Below are positions 27,165 to 36,700 of a stretch of DNA of 52,409 bases, piece by piece (within the stretch, counting starts at the first letter, position 1; the number at the start of each line of letters is the position of its first letter). This stretch comes from Gammaproteobacteria bacterium (GTDB lineage: Bacteria; Pseudomonadota; Gammaproteobacteria; Steroidobacterales; Steroidobacteraceae). The notes under the pieces were generated by a model that did not search any database, was not told the origin of the DNA, and saw only the letters and a list, made by a program, of their open reading frames with translations. The position numbers were made by a program, and so were the translations under genes. The DNA lies in assembly GCA_043752035.1 (NCBI GenBank), contig JAYUZE010000175.1, positions 1 through 52,409 of the forward strand, given 5' to 3'.

Positions 27165-30062
27165 ATGAAGAATCGTGCAGCGTATCGGGCTGGCCTGCGT
27201 ACTTCGCCTTGCCGTCCTGCGACTTTGAATACCGTGGCCGCGACCGTGGCTGCAATTCTTTATGGCGCCGGCGCCTCAGCTCAGGCAGCCGCTGCACCTG
27301 CCGGCGACGTGATCGAAGAAGTGATCGTCACAGGCCTGCGCCATTCGATCGAAACCTCGATCGCGACCAAGCGCAAGTCTGAATCGATCGTCGAGTCGGT
27401 GTCGGCTGAGGACATCGGCAAACTGCCCGACGTCAGCATCGCCGAATCGCTGGCGCGGCTGCCTGGTCTGGCGGCGCAACGCGTCAACGGCCGCGCGCAG
27501 GTCATCTCGATCCGCGGCATGGCGCCGCGCTACGCCTCCACGCTCCTCAACGGCCGCGAAATGGTCAGCACCGGCGACAACCGGTCGATCGAGTACGACC
27601 AGTTTCCCTCGGAGCTGATCAACCAGGCTAATGTCTACAAAACTCCGGACTCGACGCTCGTCGGCCAGGGCTTGTCTGGTACAGTCGACATGCACACCGT
27701 GCGGCCGCTAGATTTCCACAAGCGCACCTTCTCGTTCAATGCGCGTGGCGAAAACAACTCCAATGGCCAGCTCAATGCCGACACCAGCGCCAGCGGCGAG
27801 CGCCTCAGCGCGTCGTACATCGACCAGTTTGCTGGCGGCACCATCGGCCTGGCGCTCGGCTACGCCTACCTGAACACGCCGAACCAGGAACGCCATTACA
27901 AGTCATGGTGGTGGGCCGATACCAGCCAGTGGGGCGGACCGACCTGCGCGAATGCGAATCCCTGCAACGGCGGAACCGACCCGGGCAAGCCGATCTCGGC
28001 CATCGCGCTGCAGGGCCTCGAGGCCGGCGCGGCCTCGACCAAGCAGATTCGCAACGGCCTGATGGCGGTGGTGGAGTTCAAACCTAACGATCACATCCAC
28101 AGCACAGTCGACCTGTACTACTCGAAATTCAATCAGGTCGAGAACCGGCGCACGCTGATGTCCGATTTCAGCAGCGCGGACAGCGGTTGGGGCGGTGCCT
28201 ACTACGTTAATCCCATGACCAGCGTGATCGACGGCAACACGATCCTGACCAGCGGCGACCTGAAGGGTATTCATCCGACCGACCTGAGCACGCTGAACAA
28301 GCGCCAGGACGACATCAAGGCGGCGGGCTGGAACCTGGAGGCGGGTCTCGGCAAGTGGACCGGCGTATTTGATCTGAGCTATTCGAAGGCCCATCGCGAA
28401 GAACAGAACGCGGAACTGCAGGCCGGGTCCGTCGATAACCTGAACACACCGTTGGGGGTCAATTTCGACAACTTGCGCATTGTCGTTGGTCCCGGGCGCA
28501 CGACCCTAACGCCTTCGATCGATTATTCAAATCCGACCCTGAATCGATTGGGAGATCCGGGCGGCTGGCATCGCGACGGCCGCAGCGAGTTTCCAACCGT
28601 CGACGATCAACTGAAGTCAGCCCGCGTCGGATTCAAGCGTGACCTGGACGGATTCTTCAGCCACTTCGAGACCGGGGCCAATTATTCCGAGCGCTCGAAG
28701 GACTACTCGCGCACCGAGGTCTATTACTTCCTGAACAACAACCGCACGCCGGCGTCGGTCTCTTCGGACCTGCTGTTTCGACCGACTTCACTCCAGTTTG
28801 GCGGCATCCCAGGCAACCTGATGGCCTTTGACTTCTTTGGTGTGCTTGCCAAGTACTACACCCCCTGCACTTCGGCAACTACCTGCCCGCCCGGCTACCA
28901 GAATGTACCGCAGGATCTGGCGAAGAACTGGTCCGATCGCATCTGGTCGGTCGATGAAAAGGTGTCGACCGCCTACGCCAAAGTGAACTTCAGAAAGGAG
29001 CACGGCTCGGTCACGACCCACGGCAATCTCGGCCTGCAGGTGGTGCATGCGAACCAGCAGGCCACGGGCTTTTACTGGGATGATCTCAACAAGGCCAACG
29101 TGCCGCTGGTGGGTGGCAAGAGCTACACCGATATACTGCCCAGCCTGAACCTGGTACTCGACCTGCCGAAGGATTCCTATGTTCGCGTGGGTGTCGCCAA
29201 GGAAATGGCGCGACCGAACATGGAAGACATGCGGGCCGGACTGAGTGTGAGCGTAGGCGATCAGTCCTCGCACTACAACTGGTCCGCCAGCGGCGGCAAC
29301 CCGGGACTCGAACCCTGGCGCTCCGATTCCTTCGACGTGTCGTTCGAGAAGTACTTCGGCAAGCGCAGCTACTTCGCGGTGGCGACCTTTTACAAGCACC
29401 TGAAGAACTTTGTCTACTCGCAGTCGGTACCGTTCGACCCGACCGGGTTCATCGATCCGCGCCCGCCCACCGTGCCGCCGGCGCCACCGCTAGTCCCGGC
29501 GAATTGCAACCCGAGTGGCTGCTACAAGACGGTACTGGCGAATGGTCATGACGGCCTGGTCGCCGGTCAGGAATACACGGTAGTGTTGAATTTCGGGCTG
29601 TTCACGCAGTCACTGGATGGCTACGGCTTGGAAATGAACGCCTCCGATACGCGCAGCAATCTGCACGAGGGCAACGATCTGAATGTGCCGCTCGACGGCC
29701 TGTCAGGCCAGGTGATCAACATTACGGGTTTCTACGAGAAGCACGGCTGGTCGGCACGCATCAGCAATCGTCACCGCTCGAAGTTCACAACCACCGTGCG
29801 CGGCACCTTCGGTGCCAACGTGCCGAGTGCGATCCTGGCAGAGTCGATCGTCGATTTGCAGCTCGGCTACGCCTTCGAGTCCGGTCGCCTGCACGGACTG
29901 TCGGTGTTGTTCCAGGTCAACAACCTGCGCGATGCGCCCTACGAGACCCAGGTTGGCAATTCGACCAACTATGCGGCGCCGAATCCGGCGATGCTGTTTC
30001 CGGAGCGCTTCACGACCTACGGCCGCGAGTACCTGTTCGGAATCAACTACAAGATCAACTGA
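27165..30062 (+). CDS. TonB-dependent receptor, large Xanthomonas/Caulobacter-type (carbohydrate-scavenging TBDR)
   Basis: 965 aa with a signal peptide, a plug domain (EEVIVTGLRHSIETS..VSAEDIGKLPD..ISIRGM) and a long barrel. It lies next to glycoside hydrolases, and a GGGGG Shine-Dalgarno precedes the ATG. Confidence 0.9.
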   Translation: MKNRAAYRAGLRTSPCRPATLNTVAATVAAILYGAGASAQAAAAPAGDVIEEVIVTGLRHSIETSIATKRKSESIVESVSAEDIGKLPDVSIAESLARLPGLAAQRVNGRAQVISIRGMAPRYASTLLNGREMVSTGDNRSIEYDQFPSELINQANVYKTPDSTLVGQGLSGTVDMHTVRPLDFHKRTFSFNARGENNSNGQLNADTSASGERLSASYIDQFAGGTIGLALGYAYLNTPNQERHYKSWWWADTSQWGGPTCANANPCNGGTDPGKPISAIALQGLEAGAASTKQIRNGLMAVVEFKPNDHIHSTVDLYYSKFNQVENRRTLMSDFSSADSGWGGAYYVNPMTSVIDGNTILTSGDLKGIHPTDLSTLNKRQDDIKAAGWNLEAGLGKWTGVFDLSYSKAHREEQNAELQAGSVDNLNTPLGVNFDNLRIVVGPGRTTLTPSIDYSNPTLNRLGDPGGWHRDGRSEFPTVDDQLKSARVGFKRDLDGFFSHFETGANYSERSKDYSRTEVYYFLNNNRTPASVSSDLLFRPTSLQFGGIPGNLMAFDFFGVLAKYYTPCTSATTCPPGYQNVPQDLAKNWSDRIWSVDEKVSTAYAKVNFRKEHGSVTTHGNLGLQVVHANQQATGFYWDDLNKANVPLVGGKSYTDILPSLNLVLDLPKDSYVRVGVAKEMARPNMEDMRAGLSVSVGDQSSHYNWSASGGNPGLEPWRSDSFDVSFEKYFGKRSYFAVATFYKHLKNFVYSQSVPFDPTGFIDPRPPTVPPAPPLVPANCNPSGCYKTVLANGHDGLVAGQEYTVVLNFGLFTQSLDGYGLEMNASDTRSNLHEGNDLNVPLDGLSGQVINITGFYEKHGWSARISNRHRSKFTTTVRGTFGANVPSAILAESIVDLQLGYAFESGRLHGLSVLFQVNNLRDAPYETQVGNSTNYAAPNPAMLFPERFTTYGREYLFGINYKIN

Positions 30063-30066
30063 GCGC

Positions 30067-31575
30067 TTACGGGGGCTGCGCGGCGCAGTTGCTGGCAACG
30101 AATTCGCCGTGCGTCGGCATGACTGCGACGCACCGCCTGATCACGCTCTCGATGTTGCCGAGATAGTTGGCAATAGTCTCCGGCGTTTCCAGGTCGACCA
30201 GTGGGTCATAGCCCTGCGGCATGATGTGCTGGCCGACCATTACCTGCAGCCAGTTCTCTTCGGTGAACAATTCCTCGTTCTCGCGAAAGATGCGGCCGTT
30301 CGCGCGGAACAGCTCGATCTTGTGGCTGAGCGTGTCCGGAATCGGCATATTCCGGCAATACCTCCACAGCTCGGCGTCATCGCGCTCATTGGCCTTGTAG
30401 TGCAGGATGATGAAATCGCGGATCCGCTCATATTCAAAATCAGCGCTGCGATTGAACTGTGCGACCTCCGCGGGATCGACGCCGCGATGCGGGAACAGCC
30501 GCAGCAACCGCAACAGAGTCGACTGAATCAGATGAATGCTGGTCGACTCCAGCGGCTCGAGAAAGCCGCTCGCCAGGCCGACAGCAACGCAGTTGCGGTT
30601 CCAGAGCCGACGCCGCTTGCCAGGCCAAAAGGGGATCAGCCGCGGCAGCGACAGTGGCTTGCCATCGAGGTTGTCGAGCAGTACCTTCGCGGCCTGGTCC
30701 TCGCTGATGAAGCTGCTCGAGTAGACATGGCCGTTGCCGGTGCGATGCTGTAGCGGTATGCGCCACTGCCAGCCGGCGCGGTGGGCTGTAGAGCGCGTGA
30801 TCGGCAACAGCTCCGGCACCGCTTCGCAGGGCACAGCCAGTGCGCGATCACACGGCAGCCAGCGACTCCAGTCTTCATAGCCGGTGTGCAGCGCCTGCTC
30901 GATCAGCACGCCGCGGCTGCCGGAACAATCGATGAACAGGTCGCCGGCGACCTGCTCGCCACTCGCCAAAACTACGGCCTCGATGAAGCCGTCGCTGGCG
31001 CGCAGCTGCGTCGTGGCGATCAGCCCTTCAGTGCGCACTACGCCACGAGCTTCGCTGTACTGGCGCAGGTACCGGGCGTACAGGCTGGCATCGAAGTGGA
31101 AGGCATGCGTGATGTCGGCCAGCGGTGAGTTGGCCATGTCTGGGCGGCTGCGCATGAATCTGGCCTCGCGCGGCGCCACGGTATTGATCGAATACTCGCC
31201 AAGCGCGGGAGCCGCGCCCAACAGCCGCTGGCGCAGCCAGTACTGGTAGCAGCGCAGCAGCCCCAGGTCGTGACCGATGCGCCCGAAACCGTGGATGTAG
31301 CGATCGCCCACGCGACCCCAGTTCACAAACTCGATGCCAAGTTTGAAGGTGCCGTGGGTCTTGCGGATAAAATCGTCTTCATCCAGCTGCAAGGCGGTGT
31401 TGAAGGCCTTGATCGATGGAATGGTCGCTTCGCCAACGCCGATGGTGCCGATCTCGTCGGACTCGATCAGCCGTATCTTGAAGCCCCGCGAGAAGACTTT
31501 GGCAAACAGCGCGGCGCTCATCCAGCCGGCGGTGCCCCCACCCACAATGACGATATGGCGTAGCGGTGTGCTCAT
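30067..31575 (-). CDS. Flavin-dependent tryptophan-halogenase-family protein (copy 1)
   Basis: IVIVGGGTAGWMSA (GxGxxG), GVGEATIP, TFKLGIEFVNW, GWQWRIPLQ (WxWxIP) and GFLEPLESTSI. Confidence 0.85.
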   Translation of the reverse strand: MSTPLRHIVIVGGGTAGWMSAALFAKVFSRGFKIRLIESDEIGTIGVGEATIPSIKAFNTALQLDEDDFIRKTHGTFKLGIEFVNWGRVGDRYIHGFGRIGHDLGLLRCYQYWLRQRLLGAAPALGEYSINTVAPREARFMRSRPDMANSPLADITHAFHFDASLYARYLRQYSEARGVVRTEGLIATTQLRASDGFIEAVVLASGEQVAGDLFIDCSGSRGVLIEQALHTGYEDWSRWLPCDRALAVPCEAVPELLPITRSTAHRAGWQWRIPLQHRTGNGHVYSSSFISEDQAAKVLLDNLDGKPLSLPRLIPFWPGKRRRLWNRNCVAVGLASGFLEPLESTSIHLIQSTLLRLLRLFPHRGVDPAEVAQFNRSADFEYERIRDFIILHYKANERDDAELWRYCRNMPIPDTLSHKIELFRANGRIFRENEELFTEENWLQVMVGQHIMPQGYDPLVDLETPETIANYLGNIESVIRRCVAVMPTHGEFVASNCAAQPP

Positions 31576-31597
31576 GGGCGGTCATGGCTCCGGAGAC

Positions 31598-33097
31598 TCA
31601 AGCGGCACAATTTCGCGCGATGAAGTCCCGGTGCAGCGGCATGACCTCCGCGCAGCGCCCGATGACAGTTTCGATGTCGGCCAGGTAGCGCGCAATCAGC
31701 TCGGGCGCCAGCGCGTCGACCAGCGGATCGTAGCTGCGCGGCATGAGGTGTTGGCCGATCATCACCTGCAGCCAGCTATCCTCGGCAAACAGTTCGTCGT
31801 TTTCCCGGAAGATGCGGCCGTTGGCCCGAAACAGCTCGATCTTGCGCTGCAAGGTCTCGGGGATCGGCATGGTGCGGCAGTAATCCCACATCGGCGAATC
31901 GTTCCGCTCCGTTGCCTTGTAGTGCAAGATGATGAAATCGCGAATCCGCTCGTATTCAAACTCCGATTCGCGGTTGAAGAGTTCGATCTCCGCGGCATTG
32001 AACTCCTGGTGCGGAAACAGCCGCGTCAGGCGCACGATCGCAGTCTGGATCATGTGTATGCTCGTCGATTCGAGCGGCTCGAGAAAACCGCCAGCCAGGC
32101 CGACTGCGATGCAGTTGCGGTGCCAGGCTTTGCGGCGCCTGCCGGGCTGGAACGGAATTGTGCGCGGCGCCGCCAGCGGCCTGCCATCCAGATTCGCGAG
32201 CAGTATCGCTGTTGCCTCGTCCTCGCCCAAGTAGCGGCTCGAGTACACGTGACCATTGCCGATGCGGTGCTGCAGCGGAATGCGCCACTGCCAGCCGGCG
32301 CGATGCGCAGTCGAACGCGTCATCGGCAGCAGCACCTGATCCGATTCACAGGGCACGGCGATCGCACGATCGCAGGGCAACCAGTGACTCCAGTCTTCGT
32401 AGCCCGCATGGAGCGCCTGCTCGATCAGCAGTGCACGTGTGCCGGAACAGTCGATGAACAGCTCGCCGGCAATGCATTCACCACTTGCGAGCACCAGGGT
32501 TTCGATGAACCCGTCGGGCTCGCGCAGCCGCACCTCGACGATTCTGCCCTCGGTGCGCACTACGCCGCGCGCCTCGGCGTACTGACGCAGAAATCGTGCG
32601 TACAGGCTGGCGTCGAAATGGAAGGCATAGGCGATGTCGGCCAGTGGCGAATCCTTCATCTCCGGACGGCTGCGCATGAATTTCGCCTGCCGTGGCGCCG
32701 CGGTGTTGATGGAGTAGTTGGCCAGGTCCGACACACTCCCCTGCAGACGCTGGCGCAACCAGTATTGGTAACATTTGAGCGAGCCCCAGTCCTGGCCGAT
32801 GCGGCCGAAGCCATGCACGTAGGCATCGCCCAACCGCCCCCAGTTCACAAACTCAATGCCGAGCTTGAAGGTGCCCTGCGTCTTGCGCATGAATTCATCT
32901 TCATTGAGATCGAGCGCCTTGTTGAATTTGGCGATAGCCGGAATCGTGGCCTCGCCCACGCCGACCGTGGCGATCTGATCGGACTCCACCAGCCGGATGC
33001 GATATCCGCTGGGCAACAGTTTCGACAGCAATGCCGCGGACATCCAGCCCGCGGTGCCGCCACCGACGATCACGATATTTTGGATCCGCTCTGCCAT
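31598..33097 (-). CDS. Flavin-dependent tryptophan-halogenase-family protein (copy 2, tandem paralogue)
   Basis: It carries the same motif set as copy 1 (IVIVGGGTAGWMSA, TFKLGIEFVNW, GWQWRIPLQ, GFLEPLESTSI). The two copies are clearly similar at the nucleotide level. ATG at 33097 lies 2 nt after the upstream stop; 33115 is an alternative start. Confidence 0.85.
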   Translation of the reverse strand: MAERIQNIVIVGGGTAGWMSAALLSKLLPSGYRIRLVESDQIATVGVGEATIPAIAKFNKALDLNEDEFMRKTQGTFKLGIEFVNWGRLGDAYVHGFGRIGQDWGSLKCYQYWLRQRLQGSVSDLANYSINTAAPRQAKFMRSRPEMKDSPLADIAYAFHFDASLYARFLRQYAEARGVVRTEGRIVEVRLREPDGFIETLVLASGECIAGELFIDCSGTRALLIEQALHAGYEDWSHWLPCDRAIAVPCESDQVLLPMTRSTAHRAGWQWRIPLQHRIGNGHVYSSRYLGEDEATAILLANLDGRPLAAPRTIPFQPGRRRKAWHRNCIAVGLAGGFLEPLESTSIHMIQTAIVRLTRLFPHQEFNAAEIELFNRESEFEYERIRDFIILHYKATERNDSPMWDYCRTMPIPETLQRKIELFRANGRIFRENDELFAEDSWLQVMIGQHLMPRSYDPLVDALAPELIARYLADIETVIGRCAEVMPLHRDFIARNCAA

Positions 33098-33099
33098 GC

Positions 33100-34218
33100 T
33101 TAGGCACGCAGCCACAGGTCAATCGGTTTCCTGGCCGCACTCGTGAACGGCAACATGACCTTGCGACCCGTACCTGCCGATTCATAGGCAGCAAACAACA
33201 CTTCGAGCACCGCACGCCCATCCTCGCCGCTAACCAGCGGCTGGCGATCGTTCTGCACACAATCCACGAAGTGCGCCATCTCGGCGTGAAAGCCGTAATT
33301 CCACGCCTCCTCGTAGATTGGAAAACTCCAGCCCGCCGTTGAGCCTGCTTTCTCGACCGCGTAACCGTAGCCGCTGCTGCTGTAGGCCTCGAGGGCATTG
33401 CCGTGCAGCAGGTCGGCGTAGGCCACACCCTTCGAGCCGTGCACTTCGGCACGATCGTCCATGCCGCCGAGCTTGGTCCAGCTCTCTTCGGCCAGCGCAA
33501 CGGTGCCATCGGCAAACTCGAGTATCAGCAACGCGTTGTCCTCGCCCCGGGTTTTGGCTCGATGCACCGAGGTATTCAGCTGCGCATAGACCGATTTCAC
33601 CGGCGGGCGTCCCAGCATCCACCGAAAGAACTCGATTGCATGGCAACCCATGTCCATCAGCACACCGCCGCCGGAGCGATTGACGTCCCAGAAGTGAGCG
33701 GCGTGCGGGCCGTCGTGCTTCTCGGATTGCTTGATCAGCGTCGGCTTGCCGAGCGCGCCTTCATCCAGCAGCGATTTGAGGCGCACGTACTTGGGCGCAA
33801 AGCACAGCTCCTCGGCATACATCAGTTTCACCTGCGACTGCTGGCAGGACGCGATCATCCGATCGGCCTCGGCAAGATTCAGGCACAGGGGTTTTTCCAT
33901 CACTATGTGTTTCCCGGCCGCGGCCGCAGCCAGCGCGATCTCGCAGTGCAGGTCATTGGGCACACCGACCACCACCATGGCGATCATGGGGTCGGCCAGC
34001 AGCTTGCGGTAGTCGGTGTAACAGCGGGCGATGCCGTGGCGTTCCGCAAATCGCGTCGCATTGCCAGGCGTCGGCGATGCTACCCCGAGCAGCTGTGCCT
34101 GCCGGCAGCCGCGCAGCGCCTCGGCGTGAATGCCAGAAATGAATTGCGACCCTATGATGCCGACCCCTACCTGCTGACCAGCTACCTGCTGAACAGAGGT
34201 CCCGCTATGATCGCGCAT
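33100..34218 (-). CDS. Gfo/Idh/MocA-family NAD(P)-dependent oxidoreductase
   Basis: Rossmann N-terminus VGVGIIGSQFISGIHAEAL, an EKPL motif (VMEKPLCLN) and a C-terminal alpha/beta domain. No signal peptide is visible. Confidence 0.85.
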   Translation of the reverse strand: MRDHSGTSVQQVAGQQVGVGIIGSQFISGIHAEALRGCRQAQLLGVASPTPGNATRFAERHGIARCYTDYRKLLADPMIAMVVVGVPNDLHCEIALAAAAAGKHIVMEKPLCLNLAEADRMIASCQQSQVKLMYAEELCFAPKYVRLKSLLDEGALGKPTLIKQSEKHDGPHAAHFWDVNRSGGGVLMDMGCHAIEFFRWMLGRPPVKSVYAQLNTSVHRAKTRGEDNALLILEFADGTVALAEESWTKLGGMDDRAEVHGSKGVAYADLLHGNALEAYSSSGYGYAVEKAGSTAGWSFPIYEEAWNYGFHAEMAHFVDCVQNDRQPLVSGEDGRAVLEVLFAAYESAGTGRKVMLPFTSAARKPIDLWLRA

Positions 34219-34222
34219 GGGA

Positions 34223-35242
34223 TCAGTCCCGCGCCGGCGTGATCACGATGTTGCGAAACGCGACGCGGCCCTCCTCGCTCCCCTGCAGCAGGATCGGGCC
34301 CGAACTCCCCTCACGGGTGTCGAGCGCTCCGCCGGTGGTGCCTGGAATCTCCTCATTGTCGATGATCGTCTGGCCGTCGAGCACTACCGTAACGTACCGG
34401 CCTTCGAGCGTGAGATCGTAGGCATGCCACTCGCCGGCCTGGATGTGTGGCTTGGGCTGCGGCGCCAGGAAGCCGTAGACACCGCCCAGTCCCTGGTTCG
34501 CCGCATCGGGCGGCGGTCCGACTTCGATCTGCACCTCATAGCGGCCGCGCAGGTACACCCCGCTGTTCGAGATTGGTGCGCAGTTGAATTCAATGTGCAG
34601 TTTAAAATCTCGGAAGTTTTTCTGAGTCTGCAGATCGGGCCCCTGCCCCTGACTCAGCAATGTGCCGTCGGTGACCAGCCAGCGGCTATGCGCGCCAGGA
34701 TCGCTGATGTGCCAGCCTCGCATATCGCGGCCGTTGAACAGCGTGATGGGTTTGCCCCAGACAATCACGGGCGGAGGTTTGAGCGCCGGCGCCGGAACGG
34801 CGTGCCAGGTCCATGGCGTGCCATCTGGCCCGGTGGTCGTGCCATTCAGCGAGTGCCCACGCAGGCGTCCGTCGAAAGTCATGTCGGAATCGATGCGGCC
34901 CTCCTCTTCCTTGGGCGACACGAAATGAATACGATCGCCGGTGATACTGGCCTCCGGCAGTACGCGCGCGTGACCCCAGCGGCCCACCATGCGCACCTGC
35001 ACGGCACCGTTCACCGTGGCGATTTCCAGCCACGAGGAATAGTCGCGCTTACCGGCCTTTAGCGTGACATTCCAGCGACCCAGAAAGGGCTGGGCCTCAA
35101 CCGCGCCGCTGCACACACTGCTGAACGCACTGAGCGCACCGAGCGTTACCAACAGCACTGCGCGCGAGCACCTCGGCCGCCGCGCGGTCATTGCGCGCCG
35201 CTGCATCGTTGAAACCACCATGGCGCTTACTCCTCTGTCCAT
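34223..35242 (-). CDS. Secreted DUF1080 (3-keto-disaccharide-hydrolase-like, concanavalin-fold) protein
   Basis: Signal peptide, then a C-terminal DUF1080 pattern (LFNGRDMRGWH..WLVTDGTL..KNFRDFKLHIEF..NSGVYLRGRYEVQI..ILLQGSEEGRVAFRNIVI). Start taken at ATG 35242, just after the GH30 stop. Confidence 0.7.
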   Translation of the reverse strand: MDRGVSAMVVSTMQRRAMTARRPRCSRAVLLVTLGALSAFSSVCSGAVEAQPFLGRWNVTLKAGKRDYSSWLEIATVNGAVQVRMVGRWGHARVLPEASITGDRIHFVSPKEEEGRIDSDMTFDGRLRGHSLNGTTTGPDGTPWTWHAVPAPALKPPPVIVWGKPITLFNGRDMRGWHISDPGAHSRWLVTDGTLLSQGQGPDLQTQKNFRDFKLHIEFNCAPISNSGVYLRGRYEVQIEVGPPPDAANQGLGGVYGFLAPQPKPHIQAGEWHAYDLTLEGRYVTVVLDGQTIIDNEEIPGTTGGALDTREGSSGPILLQGSEEGRVAFRNIVITPARD

Positions 35243-35244
35243 TG

Positions 35245-36699
35245 TCACTTCGCTCCCCATGCAAAAGTAGCCACGGCACCCGCGGGCAAATCATAGGCCA
35301 GGGTGCGCCGCGAAACTCTCACCGAAAACCTGCGCGCCCCCGCCGCACCGTTGTACACCAGCAGGGCCAGCGAACCATCATCGCTGTTACGGAAGGCCAC
35401 GGTTCGCAGACCATCCAGATTGGAGGTCGAGTCGATACGCCGGGCACCGGGCCGCACAAAACGCCCCAGATGCGCCAGACTGTAGTATTCGACGTTGCGG
35501 GTCACCGCGCCCGTGCCCGAATTTATGGTCACCACACCGCGGCAATCGTCGCACCCTCCCAGGTGCGGGCCGTAGCGTTCATCGAGCGCCAGGTTCCACA
35601 GGATCGTTCCGCTACCCCAGTTACGGCCGCCTTCGATCAGCAACATGCCTGCAAACCAGCGCAGCCCACCAGCCCAGGACGGTTCCCATTCACCGCCTGA
35701 GCACTCCGTCATCAGCGCGGACAATCCCGGGTGGGCATTGTGCACCAGCGATTGCGCGGCAATTTCACCGCCGTAACAGTGCCAGGCGACGCCGGCGACA
35801 AAGCGTCCTGCCACCGGGTCATCCAACACCTGAAGCGGTGACTCAGAGACATCCCAGTTGTGATCGTACTCGAAGAACAACGGCGCCCCTGCGTGGCGGG
35901 CCAGTTTCGGGCCGAGGTGCTGGGCAATGAAGCGGGCGCGGTCCGCGGGTTCGAAACGCATGCCCGGATAGTCGGTCGGCTCGAATCCCGGCTCGTTCTG
36001 GGCGGTGAGGCCATACAGCGGCACGCCGGCCTGCCGGTAGCTGTCGGCGAAACGCAGCAGGTAGTCGGCGAAAGCATCATAGTGCTCGGGCAGCAAGTGG
36101 CCCTTGACCAGGCTGCCGGAACTTTTCATCCAGCCCGGCGCGCTCCAGGTCGAGCCGATCAGTCTCATCGACGGATTGATCTCATGTGCCGCGCGCACCA
36201 GCGACAGCACGCGCTTGCCGTTGGCACCTAGATCGAAATGCGCGAGCGCCGCGTCGGCTTCTCCCGACGCCAGATCGTCGAAGGAATAGTGTTCGGCGGA
36301 AAAATCTGAAGCCCCAATCGGCACCCGCATCAGGCTGAGCCCGATACCCGGCGGCGGACCGAACAGCTCGCGCAGCAGCGCAGCACGCGCCGGCGGCTCA
36401 AGCCGGCGCTCGAACAGCAACGCGGTGGCGTCGGTAAACGCTGCGCCTACACCGAGGAATTCCTGGTAGCGCCGATGCGCATCGACATCGATGTTGAGCG
36501 CCAGAGGCGCCGCAGCTGCAAATTGCAGATCGGCGTCGCGCGCCAGCAACCGGGTACGGTCGGCGGTAGTTACCCACACCTGCACTGCAGGTTCACGGAC
36601 GTGCGCTGCGCAGGCAACCATGCTCAGCACCATCAGTGCACCGAGCGCGCCACGGGTCGCCGGGCGTTGCGCGGTAACTTCGCAGTGTCGGGAGCTCAT
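35245..36699 (-). CDS. Glycoside hydrolase family 30 (glucosylceramidase / beta-1,6-glucanase-like)
   Basis: GVGAAFTDA, LTAQNEPGF (acid/base Glu) and LMTECSGG (nucleophile Glu), with a signal-anchor N-terminus. ATG at 36699 lies directly after the ABC ATPase stop. Confidence 0.85.
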   Translation of the reverse strand: MSSRHCEVTAQRPATRGALGALMVLSMVACAAHVREPAVQVWVTTADRTRLLARDADLQFAAAAPLALNIDVDAHRRYQEFLGVGAAFTDATALLFERRLEPPARAALLRELFGPPPGIGLSLMRVPIGASDFSAEHYSFDDLASGEADAALAHFDLGANGKRVLSLVRAAHEINPSMRLIGSTWSAPGWMKSSGSLVKGHLLPEHYDAFADYLLRFADSYRQAGVPLYGLTAQNEPGFEPTDYPGMRFEPADRARFIAQHLGPKLARHAGAPLFFEYDHNWDVSESPLQVLDDPVAGRFVAGVAWHCYGGEIAAQSLVHNAHPGLSALMTECSGGEWEPSWAGGLRWFAGMLLIEGGRNWGSGTILWNLALDERYGPHLGGCDDCRGVVTINSGTGAVTRNVEYYSLAHLGRFVRPGARRIDSTSNLDGLRTVAFRNSDDGSLALLVYNGAAGARRFSVRVSRRTLAYDLPAGAVATFAWGAK

Positions 36700-36700
36700 A

